A stretch of DNA of 64,000 nucleotides from an uncultured archaeon. Lineage in GTDB: Archaea > Micrarchaeota > Micrarchaeia > Micrarchaeales > CABMGC01. Within the stretch, counting starts at the first letter, position 1, and each line of letters opens with the position of its first letter. Location: contig CAVSOP010000009.1 of the NCBI GenBank assembly GCA_963729635.1, positions 136,070 through 200,069 of the forward strand, written 5' to 3'. Position numbers and translations under genes: made by a program. The notes below the pieces were generated by a model that saw nothing but the letters and a program-made list of their open reading frames with translations, was not told the DNA's origin and did no database searches. Shown in pieces: positions 40,361-51,022 of the stretch.

Positions 40361-40816
40361 ATGCGCCTCGAAAAATGGAAACCCCTGTTCTACCTGCTCA
40401 CCTGCTGGATCGCCTTGAAACTGATCGCGTTCATCTTCGGTTTCACTCCCTGGCCGGACATCGCCCAGCTGGCGCTGATGGGGGGCACCTATCCCGTCTT
40501 GATCGCGTTCGGGTTTGCGCTGTGGATTGGCGCGACATCGCACGACGCGTTCACCCTCCCGGAGACTGTTAGGAACGCCGTGATGGCCGCCTTCCTGGTG
40601 GGTTGCGCGGAACTGATGCTGACGGTCATCCTGATCAACAACTCGCAGTCCTTCGTGACCTATGCCACGGCGATCTACCCCCTGGAAACGAGCATGAGCA
40701 TTCCTTTCCTCAATCTGGTCATATCCACCTGGATAGGCGGGATATTCATAAGCATTCCTGCCTCCGCCTCCGCTTACATCATGATGGGCAAGCGCAAGAG
40801 AGGTAGTCGCCAATGA
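40361..40816 (+). CDS. Membrane protein
   Basis: Four hydrophobic helices and a basic C-terminus. Confidence 0.65.
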   Translation: MRLEKWKPLFYLLTCWIALKLIAFIFGFTPWPDIAQLALMGGTYPVLIAFGFALWIGATSHDAFTLPETVRNAVMAAFLVGCAELMLTVILINNSQSFVTYATAIYPLETSMSIPFLNLVISTWIGGIFISIPASASAYIMMGKRKRGSRQ

Positions 40817-41430
40817 GCCGACATCGCGGAGCATTCGGCCGCGGCGGGCCCGGCCAGGGAACGGGTCGGCGCGCCAAAGGGAAAGGGTTCGGCGCGCAGG
40901 CCGCGATGGAATTCCTCATGACCTACGGCTGGTCGATACTCATAATCGCGGTCGTGCTCGGCGCGCTCTACGTGATGGGGGTATTCAGCGGCTCGGCGTT
41001 CATAGGCAACTCATGCATGTCAAGCTCCGGCTACCTCTGCAAGAACCAGCAGCTCCTCACTGACGGGACGCTGACATTCAACTTCGGCCAGGTCACAGGG
41101 TCATCCCTCTACAACATGCAACTCGCGTGCGCAGCGAGCGCGGCCTCGGGAGTTCCAAATCCGATAACTGCCTTCCGCTCCATCGCCTCCAACGGCGCGG
41201 TGCTCGCGCCCTCGAGCACGGGCAACACGCTTACGAACGGGCAGATTCTGACCATATCCTCATTGCCCTGCTATGCATCCAACGGCCTGCCGCTGGGCAA
41301 CCCTGCCCTGGGGACGGGCTTCAGCGGATACGTCTGGGTCAATTACACTTTGGCTTCGAGCGCGGCCAGCGCAGCCTCCAACCCCTGGCACACGGCAAAG
41401 GCCATAACGATAAAGACCAGCGTGGTCTGA
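40813..41430 (+). CDS. Class III signal peptide (type IV pilin-like) protein
   Basis: KGKGFGA/QAAMEFLMTYGWSILIIAVVLGAL prepilin motif. Confidence 0.85.
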   Translation: MSRHRGAFGRGGPGQGTGRRAKGKGFGAQAAMEFLMTYGWSILIIAVVLGALYVMGVFSGSAFIGNSCMSSSGYLCKNQQLLTDGTLTFNFGQVTGSSLYNMQLACAASAASGVPNPITAFRSIASNGAVLAPSSTGNTLTNGQILTISSLPCYASNGLPLGNPALGTGFSGYVWVNYTLASSAASAASNPWHTAKAITIKTSVV

Positions 41431-41470
41431 GTGCGACACGAAGGCAGGCCGCGACCCCGGCCCGCCGCGT

Positions 41471-42748
41471 TCAGAACTTCCCGTCCATGAAGTCCTCGTA
41501 GCCCTTCATGTCGAAGAACCCGTGGCCGCTGAAGCTCATCACTATCGTCTTGGCCTCCTTCCTCATCTTCGCCTCGAGCGCCCTGTCCATCGTCGCCTTT
41601 ATGGCGTGCGTCGTCTCGGGCGCGGGCACTATGCCTTCGGCCCTGGCGAAGCGCACCCCGGCCTCGAAGACCTCCTTCTGTCCGTAGGCGACTCCACGGA
41701 CCAAGCCCCTGTCGACCAGCGCGCTGATTATCGGCGCCATGCCGTGGTACCGGAGCCCTCCGGCGTGGATGGACGACGGCATGAAGTCGTGCCCGAGCGT
41801 GTACATCTTCAGCAGCGGGGTCTGCATGGCCGTGTCACCGTAGTCGTACCTGTACTCGCCCTTCGTTATCGAGGGGCACGACGTCGGCTCGGCCGCGATC
41901 ATCTCGGGCCCGCTGCCCTTCAGCCGGTCCTCGACGAAGGGCAGCACCAGACCCCCGAAGTTGGAGCCGCCGCCGACGCAGCCGATGAGCACGTCGGGCC
42001 TGGCGTCGAGCGCCTCCAGCTGCGCCTTCGCCTCGAGCCCGATCACGGTCTGGTGCAGCAGCACCGCGTTGAGAACGGAGCCTAGCGCGTAGTTGGTGTC
42101 CTCGTGCTGGAGCGCGTCCTCCACCGCCTCCGAGATCGCCATGCCGAGCGAGCCCGTGCTCTTCGGGTCCTTCTTCAACACCTCGCGCCCGAACCTCGTC
42201 GTGCCGCTGGGCGATGGCCTCACCTCCGCGCCGAAGAGCCGCATCATTATCTTGCGGTAGGGCTTCTGCTCGTACGACGACTTGACCATGTACACCGTGC
42301 ACGCCAGCCCGAAGCGGCTGCAGGCGAGCGAGAGCGCTGAGCCCCACTGCCCCGCGCCCGTCTCGGTGGAGAGCCGCGCCATGCCAGCCTTCTTGGCCAG
42401 GTACGCCTGCATCAGCGCGGTGTTGAGCTTGTGGCTGCCGGTCGGGGAGACGTCCTCGCGCTTGTAGAATATCCGCACGTCCTTGGGCAGGCCGAGCTGC
42501 GCCTCCAGGCGCGACGCGCGCACCAGAGGCGTCGGCCGGTAAGTGGCCATCGCCTCGCGCACCTCCTCTGGTATGGCCACGAGCCTCTCCCTGCTCATCT
42601 CCTGCTTCAGCAGCTCCGCCGGGAATATCTTCGGGAGGTTCTTCACGTTCTCTCCCTGCGGGGGAGGCAGGTCCAAGACGCTCTGGACGTTGTAGAACTC
42701 CCGGGGTACCTCCATCTCCTGTCCTGTCTTGTTGTTCGTTCCCATCAT
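41471..42748 (-). CDS. trpB2: TrpB2 tryptophan synthase beta-like enzyme
   Basis: [36 protein letters not shown] and PAPET motifs. No trpA nearby. Confidence 0.93.
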   Translation of the reverse strand: MMGTNNKTGQEMEVPREFYNVQSVLDLPPPQGENVKNLPKIFPAELLKQEMSRERLVAIPEEVREAMATYRPTPLVRASRLEAQLGLPKDVRIFYKREDVSPTGSHKLNTALMQAYLAKKAGMARLSTETGAGQWGSALSLACSRFGLACTVYMVKSSYEQKPYRKIMMRLFGAEVRPSPSGTTRFGREVLKKDPKSTGSLGMAISEAVEDALQHEDTNYALGSVLNAVLLHQTVIGLEAKAQLEALDARPDVLIGCVGGGSNFGGLVLPFVEDRLKGSGPEMIAAEPTSCPSITKGEYRYDYGDTAMQTPLLKMYTLGHDFMPSSIHAGGLRYHGMAPIISALVDRGLVRGVAYGQKEVFEAGVRFARAEGIVPAPETTHAIKATMDRALEAKMRKEAKTIVMSFSGHGFFDMKGYEDFMDGKF

Positions 42749-43065
42749 TTCACCATATTATCGTCATAAATCATCGAAAGGACCGTCCTGCCGGCCTCGG
42801 TCAGCCTAGCGGGCTGGGGATCCGAGGCGCTGCCACACAAGATCAGGCCGAGGTCCCTGAGCACCCTCGCGTTGAGCTTCAGCGTGGAGAGCGGCACGCG
42901 GTGCCGCTCCGAGGCGGAGCTGAGGACGGAGCTTATGCTTCCGCAGTTGCGGGACATCTCAGAAAGGATTAGCAGCTGGTTCTGGTTGATTGCCCTGGTC
43001 AGTACCTGCCTCAGGCTGGCCCTGACCCTGTCCGAGGGTCTTGCAGCGCCGTCACTTGAATCCAT
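42745..43065 (-). CDS. Small winged-helix regulator upstream of trpB2
   Basis: [18 protein letters not shown]...ARLTEAG. Overlaps the trpB2 start. Confidence 0.6.
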   Translation of the reverse strand: MDSSDGAARPSDRVRASLRQVLTRAINQNQLLILSEMSRNCGSISSVLSSASERHRVPLSTLKLNARVLRDLGLILCGSASDPQPARLTEAGRTVLSMIYDDNMVK

Positions 43066-43203
43066 TGGCAGGACACACCATTCACCTTACTAGTGCTTTC
43101 GAGGCCCTGATATATAAACAGTGCGGGCAGGCGCACCCGCCCGGCTCCGACCCGCCGGGCAAGTCTTATATATTTTGATTGGGAAAGTCAATCGGGGGTA
43201 CTG

Positions 43204-44427
43204 ATGGCAACCATAAATGCGAATTACGACAAGCTGAGCGCTGGATACCTGTTTCCGGAGATAGCGAAGAGGACGAACGATTTCGCCGCGAGGAACCCGG
43301 GCGTGGAGCTGCTGCGCCTCGGGATAGGCAACACGACCGAGCCGCTATCGGACCGCGTCGTCCACGGGCTCCGCCGCGGCGTCGACAAGCTGGCCGACGT
43401 GAGGACCTACACCGGCTACGGCGACGAGCAGGGGGACAGGAGGCTCAGGCAGGCGATAAAGGAGCATTACGCGGCGCGGCGCGTGGAGCTCGACGCGGGG
43501 GAGATATTCGTGAGCGACGGCGCGAAACCCGATTCCGCCAACATACAATCCCTATTCGGCACGGCCAACGTCGTGGCAGTGCAGGACCCCGCATATCCCG
43601 TGTACGTCGACAGCAACGTGATCGCGGGAAGGACGGGAATGTCGAACGGCGTGACCTACGAGGGGATCGTGTACATGCCCTGCACCGAGGAAAACGGCTT
43701 CGTCTCCAGAGTCCCGGAGATGAAGGTCGACCTGATCTACCTGTGCAGCCCCAACAACCCGACGGGCACAGTCATGACGAAGGCGCAGCTAGAGGAGTTC
43801 GTCGAGTACGCCCGCGGGAACAGGGCGGTGATAATATTCGACGCGGCGTACAGCGCCTACGTCTCTGACCCCTCGCTGCCGAGGAGCATCTACGAGGTAG
43901 ACGGCGCGCGGGAGTGCGCGATAGAGGTGAACAGCCTCTCGAAGAGCGCAGGATTCACAGGAGTGCGCCTGGGATGGTCCGTGGTGCCAAGGGCGCTCGT
44001 GACCGAGGACTCGCCAGAGGGGAAGGTCAACGCCATGTGGAATAGGAGGCAGACCACGATGTTCAACGGAGCGTCGAACATAGCGCAGGAGGGCGGGCTC
44101 GCGGCCCTCTCCGCGGAGGGCATGAGGGAGAACCAGCGGATCGTGGATTACTACATGGAGAACGCGCGCATAATAGGAAAGGGCCTCAGGGAGAAGGGCC
44201 TGAAGGTCTCCGGAGGCACAGACGCGCCCTACCTGTGGGTGCAGACCCCGGTCGGGATGGGTTCGTGGGACTTCTTCGACAAGATGCTCTCAGAGGCGCA
44301 CGTGGTCACGACCCCCGGCGCCGGATTCGGGCCATCGGGCGAGGGCTACTTCAGGGTAAGCTCATTCGGGCACCGCGAAAACGTGGTCAAGGCAGTGGAG
44401 AGCATAAGGAAGAACCTCCGGGTGTGA
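43204..44427 (+). CDS. dapL: LL-diaminopimelate aminotransferase
   Basis: YLFPEI, LGIGN, SDGAK, CSPNNPTG, SLSKSAGFTGVRLG and TPGAGFGPSGEGY motifs. Confidence 0.93.
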   Translation: MATINANYDKLSAGYLFPEIAKRTNDFAARNPGVELLRLGIGNTTEPLSDRVVHGLRRGVDKLADVRTYTGYGDEQGDRRLRQAIKEHYAARRVELDAGEIFVSDGAKPDSANIQSLFGTANVVAVQDPAYPVYVDSNVIAGRTGMSNGVTYEGIVYMPCTEENGFVSRVPEMKVDLIYLCSPNNPTGTVMTKAQLEEFVEYARGNRAVIIFDAAYSAYVSDPSLPRSIYEVDGARECAIEVNSLSKSAGFTGVRLGWSVVPRALVTEDSPEGKVNAMWNRRQTTMFNGASNIAQEGGLAALSAEGMRENQRIVDYYMENARIIGKGLREKGLKVSGGTDAPYLWVQTPVGMGSWDFFDKMLSEAHVVTTPGAGFGPSGEGYFRVSSFGHRENVVKAVESIRKNLRV

Positions 44428-44985
44428 CTAGGGCGAGCGCGGCCCGTCCCCGGCCTTCCCCAGCCCGTAGTGTTCGATGATGGTCCCGGCCGCCTCTCCC
44501 GGCGTCATCTTCGTGTTGTCCACGAGGAGGCTTCCCTCGATAATGGGTCTCCTAGGCATCTCGTACGTCTTTAGGAACTCCTTCAGCTTCTCGGGATCTG
44601 TGAACTTCCCGTATGCCTTCCGGGACTCGCCGGCCGCGCGTCTCAGCAGCTCCTCCCTGTCGCAGTAGAGATAGACGGGGCAGACCCTTCCCCCGCGGCT
44701 CTTTACCTTGTCGATGAGCGCGTAGGTGGCCTCGGTCCTTGGCCCCTCCACGTAGGCGCTCGTGAATATGACGCTCACGCCGGCCTCCGCCGCCTCCTCG
44801 AGCATCTCAGTCCTGTACCTCACCACGAGCTCGCTGAACTTCTCGGTGCCGTAGTCGAAGACGGTCCCGACGAAGTCCAGGGAGGCGTGGTTGTGGAAGA
44901 CCCTGTAGCCCGTGATCCTGGAGAGCTCCCGCGCCACGGTGAGCTTGCCGGAAGCCGGCGGCCCGTAGATGAAGACGAGGTCCAT
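44428..44985 (-). CDS. P-loop kinase-like (AAA) protein
   Basis: MDLVFIYGPPASGKLTVA...FHNH. Confidence 0.85.
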   Translation of the reverse strand: MDLVFIYGPPASGKLTVARELSRITGYRVFHNHASLDFVGTVFDYGTEKFSELVVRYRTEMLEEAAEAGVSVIFTSAYVEGPRTEATYALIDKVKSRGGRVCPVYLYCDREELLRRAAGESRKAYGKFTDPEKLKEFLKTYEMPRRPIIEGSLLVDNTKMTPGEAAGTIIEHYGLGKAGDGPRSP

Positions 44986-45749
44986 GGTCTGCTTGCTCAG
45001 GATTAGTATTAATAGGCTATGTCGGAGACGCGCCACCATGGCCTATCTGGCGGCAGTCGCTTCCTCCATGTCCTTCAGCAGCAGATCGAACCGCGTGTAA
45101 CCCGAATCCGAGTTGAAGTGTCCGGCGCCCGGCACGACCTTCAGTTCCGCGCCCAGGTTCTCCGCCACGCGCCTGCTCAGCGCCTGCGGCACGTACGGGT
45201 CGTTGTCCGAGGCGTAGACGCAGAACCTCCCGCAGTTCTTTTTTATGCGCTCCCAGTTGAAGAGCCGCATGAACGTGCCATTGACCCGGTCGAACCGCTC
45301 GATGCCCAGCCTCTCGGTGAAGGGCGCGACCAGGAAGGCGGCGGAGATGCGCACGTCCAGCCTCTCTAGCACCGCCAGTATGAAGGAGGGGCCGACGCTG
45401 TGCCCGACCATCAGGGTGCCCTCGTCGATCCCCTCGGCGTACTCGCCGAACGCGGCCAGCCAGTTGTCAAGGCTCTGCGTCGCGCCGGGCGCGCCCTGGT
45501 CCTCCCTGCCCTCGCCCATGCCTATCGGGAAGTCGGGCACCGTGGTGGGGACTCCTATGCGCTCAAGCTCGGCCTTGAGCCATGGGAACCAGTTGGACCG
45601 CGAGCTGGAGCCCGCCCCGTGGATTATGAATGCGTTGGGCACGGTGACACGCTATGGGATGCGAGGGAAAGCCTAAAAAGGTTTATGGGGTCCGCGCCCG
45701 GCTTGCCGGCGGCCCGTAGATGAAGACGAGGTCCATGGCCTGCCTGCTC
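44954..45749 (-). repeat. 45-bp direct repeat (44954-44998 / 45705-45749) covering the kinase start codon and first codons
   Basis: GCCGGCGGCCCGTAGATGAAGACGAGGTCCATGG(t/c)CTGC(t/c)TGCTC occurs twice with 2 mismatches. Confidence 0.9.
45043..45642 (-). CDS. RBBP9/YdeN-family alpha/beta hydrolase
   Basis: IIHG, NWFPWL, VGHSVG nucleophile elbow, SDNDPYV and GAGHFN motifs. Confidence 0.9.
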   Translation of the reverse strand: MPNAFIIHGAGSSSRSNWFPWLKAELERIGVPTTVPDFPIGMGEGREDQGAPGATQSLDNWLAAFGEYAEGIDEGTLMVGHSVGPSFILAVLERLDVRISAAFLVAPFTERLGIERFDRVNGTFMRLFNWERIKKNCGRFCVYASDNDPYVPQALSRRVAENLGAELKVVPGAGHFNSDSGYTRFDLLLKDMEEATAAR

Positions 45750-45797
45750 CCCCAGGCCATACATCGCCGTCGCACGTGCCCGGGTCCGATCGCGCCG

Positions 45798-46961
45798 TCA
45801 TTTCCTGCCGCGGCGGTGCACCCTGCTGCCCAGGTAGTATCCTGCGCCCGCCGCCACTATGACAACTATCGCGGCCGCCAGGAAGTATAGCCCGTTCCCC
45901 ACGGTAATCGGCTGGATCACGGGAGGCAGGGTGGTGGTTGCCGGTGCCATCGTGGTAGGCAACGTGGTCGGGACTACCGTCGTGGTGGATACGGTGGTGG
46001 TAGTCGTCGGAATAGGCTTGACGAACGACCAACTTATCTGGTCCGTGTTGGGCGTGTTGATATTCGGGGCATAGGTTATGGTATAGTTGAGGGAATTCGC
46101 GGAGACAGGAGTAACTATCAATATCACTGCCTGTTTCGTGGGCATGCCCGCCGCCTTCCAGAGCAGGTTGTTCGTGTTCATCGCCGGAATCGCGGTGTCA
46201 ATCGTATTGATTGCCGCAGCCAGCGCGGAGACCGATGTCAGGCAGTTGCCCGTCGCGTTGACGAGTGCCGAAGGCGCCAGGACGCGGCATTTGCCCGTGG
46301 TCGTGTTCGGGAAGATGTCAGGATCGAAGACCAGTACCCTGATTATGTCAGATTTGGTATATGTGCTGTTCTTGAGCGGTGACACTATGTAGTCGCGCGC
46401 CGCATTCGCCAGCACTCCCTCGGGAAGCCCGCCAACTCCCTTCGTCACTCCGATCGACCTCTCGAGCAGGCCATAGAAGGCGGAATAGAAGTAGTCCGGC
46501 TTGCCCAGGCATGCGCTCGACGAATTGCCCGTGCCGCACTGCGTCTGTATGACTGTGCCGTTATAGATGGGATATCCCATGGGCGACGTGGGATAGGAGG
46601 GCAGGCCCGCCGCCGCCACTCCAGCAAAGAGCCCGTACGCCGAAGGCCCTACGAAGCCCGGAGTCAACGCCCATATGGGGATGGCACCCGCCGTGTTAGC
46701 CGCGAACGGGCCTCCGCCGACGTCGCAGGTCGTGAATAGCGAGGCGTTCCTTGCCTCGGGCGAGGAGGTGGCGTATGCGCCCGGGCTGCACGTGACGTTG
46801 GCGTAAGTGTAGTTCACGATGTTGCCGTTCTGGAAGGCCATCGTGCTGTTGGTCCCAGTGTATGAGACAGAGACCGTGACCACCGCAGCGGCCCTGACCA
46901 TGCAGGGCACCATCAAGAACATCAGCGCCAGAAGGAGATATTTCGAATCCATGCGTAACAT
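45798..46961 (-). CDS. Secreted surface glycoprotein with C-terminal membrane anchor
   Basis: Signal peptide, Cys pairs, many N-x-S/T sites, Thr-rich stalk, TM helix and basic tail. Confidence 0.75.
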   Translation of the reverse strand: MLRMDSKYLLLALMFLMVPCMVRAAAVVTVSVSYTGTNSTMAFQNGNIVNYTYANVTCSPGAYATSSPEARNASLFTTCDVGGGPFAANTAGAIPIWALTPGFVGPSAYGLFAGVAAAGLPSYPTSPMGYPIYNGTVIQTQCGTGNSSSACLGKPDYFYSAFYGLLERSIGVTKGVGGLPEGVLANAARDYIVSPLKNSTYTKSDIIRVLVFDPDIFPNTTTGKCRVLAPSALVNATGNCLTSVSALAAAINTIDTAIPAMNTNNLLWKAAGMPTKQAVILIVTPVSANSLNYTITYAPNINTPNTDQISWSFVKPIPTTTTTVSTTTVVPTTLPTTMAPATTTLPPVIQPITVGNGLYFLAAAIVVIVAAGAGYYLGSRVHRRGRK

Positions 46962-47060
46962 CCGTTGTTAATTCAATGGTAAAACTTATAAAGATTATTA
47001 AGTTCTTTCCAAGATCGGCATGAGAATCTCATCGAGAAGGTAGATCGGTCAGGGTTTTCA

Positions 47061-48429
47061 TCACTTTCTTTGTCCATACCAAGGGTATGTGCCAACGGTC
47101 GTTCCAAGAGGAGTGGTACAAGTCAGAGTGAATGTTCCGTTGACGTAGGTTGCGTCGGGGAAATTGCCGTTCGCCTTGCCTGTTCCAGTTCCCAGGCACT
47201 GGGCGCCACCGCCTGAAGCTCCAAGATTGACAAAGTCCCAAGTATCGCCCGGACTGTTATGAAAAATGTTTCCTCCGACGGTCATGTTACCCACGCCCAC
47301 CGATCCACCACCCGGCACTGCCGGAGGTCTGGACGAATGCACCGCTATATGTGAATGGTTGAATTATTACGGTCGCGATCTCGCCTGGTGCGTAGTTCAT
47401 CAGTACCCAGACTTGGGCGCCACTGCTATGCACTGTTGTAGTCGTTGTAATGGATGATGGTGAAGGCGAAGGTGTTGGACTTGGCGAAGGGGACGGACTT
47501 GGAGATGGACTTGGCGAGGGAGACGGCTGAGCTTTATGAAGTACCATCGGCCTGGTTATTCTTATAGTATCTGTGACTCCGCCAGGATAGAAGAACACCA
47601 TTGAATGTCTTCCTGGCGTCAGGTGCGCACTTATGGAAGCAGCCTGGCCATATCTAAAATATTCGCTGTTTTCACCATTGGAAAAGACCGAAGATGCATT
47701 CTCTTGCATGAAGGCCACAAATTGGGACGGGGTAAATATTGCAAATACCACTTTATTATTTTGCGAACTGTAAGACCCATTCAGATCCATCCCTGTCGAA
47801 TTGGCGGGGACCGTGAAATTGTAATAGTAAATGCTTCCGCACGAGGGTTGCGCGCATTGCGAAGATGTGGGAGGGTGGATTGAGATGTTGATGGGGGCGA
47901 GTATTGTTTGGGCTTCAGGCAACAGAGATGCCGTCGTAGTGGCATTCGTACCTGCCAGTCCATTGGAAAAGCCCTTAAAGAGGGATATCGCTGCGAGCAA
48001 TACAATTACAACTAGGATTACTTTAAACAAAGCGGACAGGACCTGATGTGGATGTGAAGGGGTGGGATTTGGCATTGCGGGGGCGGAAGAGGTATTCCTG
48101 CTTTTTTTGATCAGAATAAATCCCAATACCCAAAAAATTAACCACAACATAATCGCAATCAGGAGCGTTCCGCCACCACTTACCAGATTGCCTAAAATAA
48201 ATATCGCACCGATCAAAATCAAGAGCAATCCTGATGCAAGTTCGATAAGGCGAACTAGCGAAGACTTGGGAGCGTGTGCTTCTTTTTTAGATTTGAGGGC
48301 AGGTCTGCCATTCTTGCCGTCTGATGCATCTTCTTCCAAGTTCTCTTTCATTCGATTATACCGCTTCTTGGTAATTTCCCCCTTTGCATAGCGCTGCTTC
48401 AGTATCTTTATGCCATCTTCGCCATCCAA
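47061..48429 (-). CDS. SHOCT-domain membrane-anchored surface protein (frameshift near 47350)
   Basis: DGIKILKQRYAKGEITKKRYNRMK; 3 TM helices; NFTVP...LNGSYSS domain; (PS)n linker; VGGNIFHNSPGDTWDF...KANGNFP. Confidence 0.75.
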
Positions 48430-48558
48430 ATGAACAACCCACAAGAGAGCATGACTGAAAGGATTTAATAATCTTTTCGAGTGTCACATCCGGAAAGTTC
48501 CGAGAGGCTTGCAGGCAGAGATAAGGCAGCCTTCCCTTATGCCTTATGATAAGTGATA

Positions 48559-48630
48559 AGCCCTGAGAGGGAATTGAACCCTCGACCTCCTGTTTACAAG
48601 ACAGGCGCTCTACCACTGAGCTACCAGGGC
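48559..48630 (-). tRNA. tRNA-Thr(UGU)
   Basis: GCCCTGGTAGCTCAGTGGTAGAGCG CCTGT CT TGT AA ACAGG AGGTC GAGGGTTCAATTCCCTC TCAGGGC T cloverleaf. Confidence 0.95.
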
Positions 48631-48797
48631 GTTTTCTAGCCATCTTCTTATGCTTTCAAACTTTTAATAAAGTATTGTAGCTTTTGGCCGCGCCACAGCT
48701 GCACCGAAGATGTTTCAAGAATTCATATGCCCGTCCCGCTTTCCCGACTCCGTTGTTTGTAGGACTCTTACGCTCTGCTTTCAGAAATGCCTCAGGT

Positions 48798-50786
48798 TCA
48801 TCCGGATCTAAACAGCGAAAGCGCGCCGAGATTGGTGTACGTCTCTTGTGTGTAAACCGAAGTGGTGTTGTCCGTCCATGTACCTGTCATGTTGTGCGTA
48901 TTCCATGTAAAGACGCCTGCCACGGGATTTTGGGTTATTATGGAGCTGAACCGCGTTGAGTATAGGGTAAGCGTCGAACCGCTGATGATGCCCGTGAAGC
49001 CTTCCGGAGGAACGTCTATTGAACAGATCCCGTTTGGATTAAGCCTGCGCGTGTTAAAGGAGACGAAGGATGCCATCACGTTCACATGACTTGAGTTGCC
49101 GGTCCTTGTTATGTTCCACGTCATCGTCCTTTCCTCCTCGGACACCACCGACATCGTCCCATTGTATTCAAAGTCGCACTTGTAGTAGAACTCCGCGGGC
49201 GAAGACGTTTTCCAGATTCCGATCAGCTCGGATGCAGGAGGAAGCACCTTTGGAACCCTGTCTCTGTTGCTGTAGAGCGTAAATGCCCATGAGGTGGAGT
49301 TGGTGACGTTCTGCGCCCTGAGCACCCCGCCAGAGTAGGTGCCAGTAAAATTGGCGATATGCCCTACGGATATATTCGCATATCCGATGAAGGAGCTGCC
49401 GGTTATTTTGCCGAAGAGCACCGGGCCCGTAAGCTCCCCGTCGCTGGCCACATACGCTGTTGCATTCCAGTCAGTGCCGCACTCCGGAGCATATCCGAAG
49501 ATGGAGTTGATGCAGAACGTCGAGTTTCCGTAGAGGGTCATGCCTCCGGCGCCAGAGACGCTTGTAGTTCCTGCTGTGCTAGAGGCGTTGGACGTCTCAG
49601 TGACGTTCGCAGCATAAGGGTAGCAGAAACTGTCGGTCGAAAGGTAGTAGCCATAAGGACACTCGAGGCACTGGTTTTGGTAGCAAGTCGAGTTGCTCGC
49701 GCAGTAGTGGTTTGCGTCGCCGCACTGGAAATGGCACTGATAATCCGCTCCGTAGACGTAACCCATTGGGCAGAGGGAAATGCCCGTGGGCGTGGTTGAC
49801 CCGCCTCGGGTTCCGTTTCCTAATGTCCCTTGGCTCAGCGTGAAAGTGGCGTTGATGCGTTTGCACTGCGATGCCTGCCTGCTGTTGTCAACAACTAGAA
49901 CTCCTGCGTGCTCCTTCTGCGCAGTCCAGACGTTCAGCGTAGAGCCGTCTAGGCAAGAGTACCGCGGGTCGTCGGTGTGGAAGCCGGTGAGATTGCCTGT
50001 GATGTGCGCGTCAGAGTACGAGCTGACTGCGTTTGCTATCAGCGACAGGCTGACGCCCTGGCCCACGTATGAACCGGTGTAGGAGTAGACCGAGAACTTT
50101 ACTACCATTGGGCTAGTTACCGTCACGTTATCTGTTCCCGAAGTCCCTGCGTCGTAGAATTCGAAGGCATAGGTTCCGGGCGCCAGGCTCGCATTTAGGG
50201 TGTCTATCGTAGCTCCTTGCGCATTCCCATAGTAATAGGTATTGTTGTTTGCTATTCCAAGGTGGTTGGAATGGAACGCCGAGTACTGCGGTGCAGACAA
50301 TATGGCCGCTTCAACTGGCCCAGTTGACGAGTATGCGCCAGTTATGCTTATTCCTGTGGCTCCGCTCGGTATCGTGAAATTCGAGTGCCATGCATAATAG
50401 GAAGTCGCAGGACCGATCGACAAGGAGAAACCCTTCTCGAAAAGCGCTTCTTTAATGTTGGTGTAATTCATCATAGTTGGCGCGCTCAGGTAGCCAGTTA
50501 TCGTTGGCTTGACGCCTTGACTGCCGGACCCCTGGCTGCCTAGGAAAGGCGACGCGTTCTTCGAGAGCATCGGGCCGAGGAAGAAGTAGGCGATTGCTAT
50601 TACGACAAGAACTGCGACGATGCCCCCGATCTTGCCGGCAGTTCTGCCCTTGGGCGCTGTTCCCCTCTGCCTCCCAGCCCCAGGCAGGATTGCATTCTTC
50701 TGCGCCTGATACGACCTCTTCGTTATCTGAGGAGAATCAAGCCTGGCCTTGAGCTTTGAAGTCTTTTTTGTGTCAGCTTCTTCCAT
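48798..50786 (-). CDS. Membrane-anchored modular surface protein
   Basis: Basic N-terminus plus TM helix; NFTIP...ITGAYSS...LAPGTYAFEFY domain; Cys-rich EGF/furin-like segment; beta-rich C-terminus. Confidence 0.75.
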   Translation of the reverse strand: MEEADTKKTSKLKARLDSPQITKRSYQAQKNAILPGAGRQRGTAPKGRTAGKIGGIVAVLVVIAIAYFFLGPMLSKNASPFLGSQGSGSQGVKPTITGYLSAPTMMNYTNIKEALFEKGFSLSIGPATSYYAWHSNFTIPSGATGISITGAYSSTGPVEAAILSAPQYSAFHSNHLGIANNNTYYYGNAQGATIDTLNASLAPGTYAFEFYDAGTSGTDNVTVTSPMVVKFSVYSYTGSYVGQGVSLSLIANAVSSYSDAHITGNLTGFHTDDPRYSCLDGSTLNVWTAQKEHAGVLVVDNSRQASQCKRINATFTLSQGTLGNGTRGGSTTPTGISLCPMGYVYGADYQCHFQCGDANHYCASNSTCYQNQCLECPYGYYLSTDSFCYPYAANVTETSNASSTAGTTSVSGAGGMTLYGNSTFCINSIFGYAPECGTDWNATAYVASDGELTGPVLFGKITGSSFIGYANISVGHIANFTGTYSGGVLRAQNVTNSTSWAFTLYSNRDRVPKVLPPASELIGIWKTSSPAEFYYKCDFEYNGTMSVVSEEERTMTWNITRTGNSSHVNVMASFVSFNTRRLNPNGICSIDVPPEGFTGIISGSTLTLYSTRFSSIITQNPVAGVFTWNTHNMTGTWTDNTTSVYTQETYTNLGALSLFRSG

Positions 50787-50871
50787 TCAATCTACGCCGG
50801 TTACGATTCTATAAAACTGTCCAATATTTATGCCCTTCCGCCAATGCAGGGAGTCGCACCTTTGCTTGGGA

Positions 50872-50943
50872 AGCCCCGAGAGGGAATTGAACCCCCGACC
50901 TACTGCTTACGAGACAGTCGCTCTACCACTGAGCTACCAGGGC
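50872..50943 (-). tRNA. tRNA-Thr(CGU), copy 1 (U5-G68 wobble)
   Basis: GCCCTGG...ACTGT CT CGT AA GCAGT...GGGGGTTCAATTCCCTC TCGGGGC T. Confidence 0.93.
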
Positions 50944-51022
50944 ATTTCTGCTGTTTTTATTTATGGCTTAAGACTTTTAATAAAGTACCGTAGGGCCCGC
51001 GCGCCAAGGAAGCGAACTCGTG

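Noticed and set aside
26893-47342. Diversity-generating retroelement TR/VR pair between the paralogous C-terminal domains, or between the valS tails
   Set aside because: Mismatches are not adenine-specific, many are synonymous, and no reverse transcriptase is present in the window.
47460-47527. Tandem repeat as a contingency locus
   Set aside because: It is a degenerate-codon (Pro-Ser)n protein linker, not a perfect DNA microsatellite.
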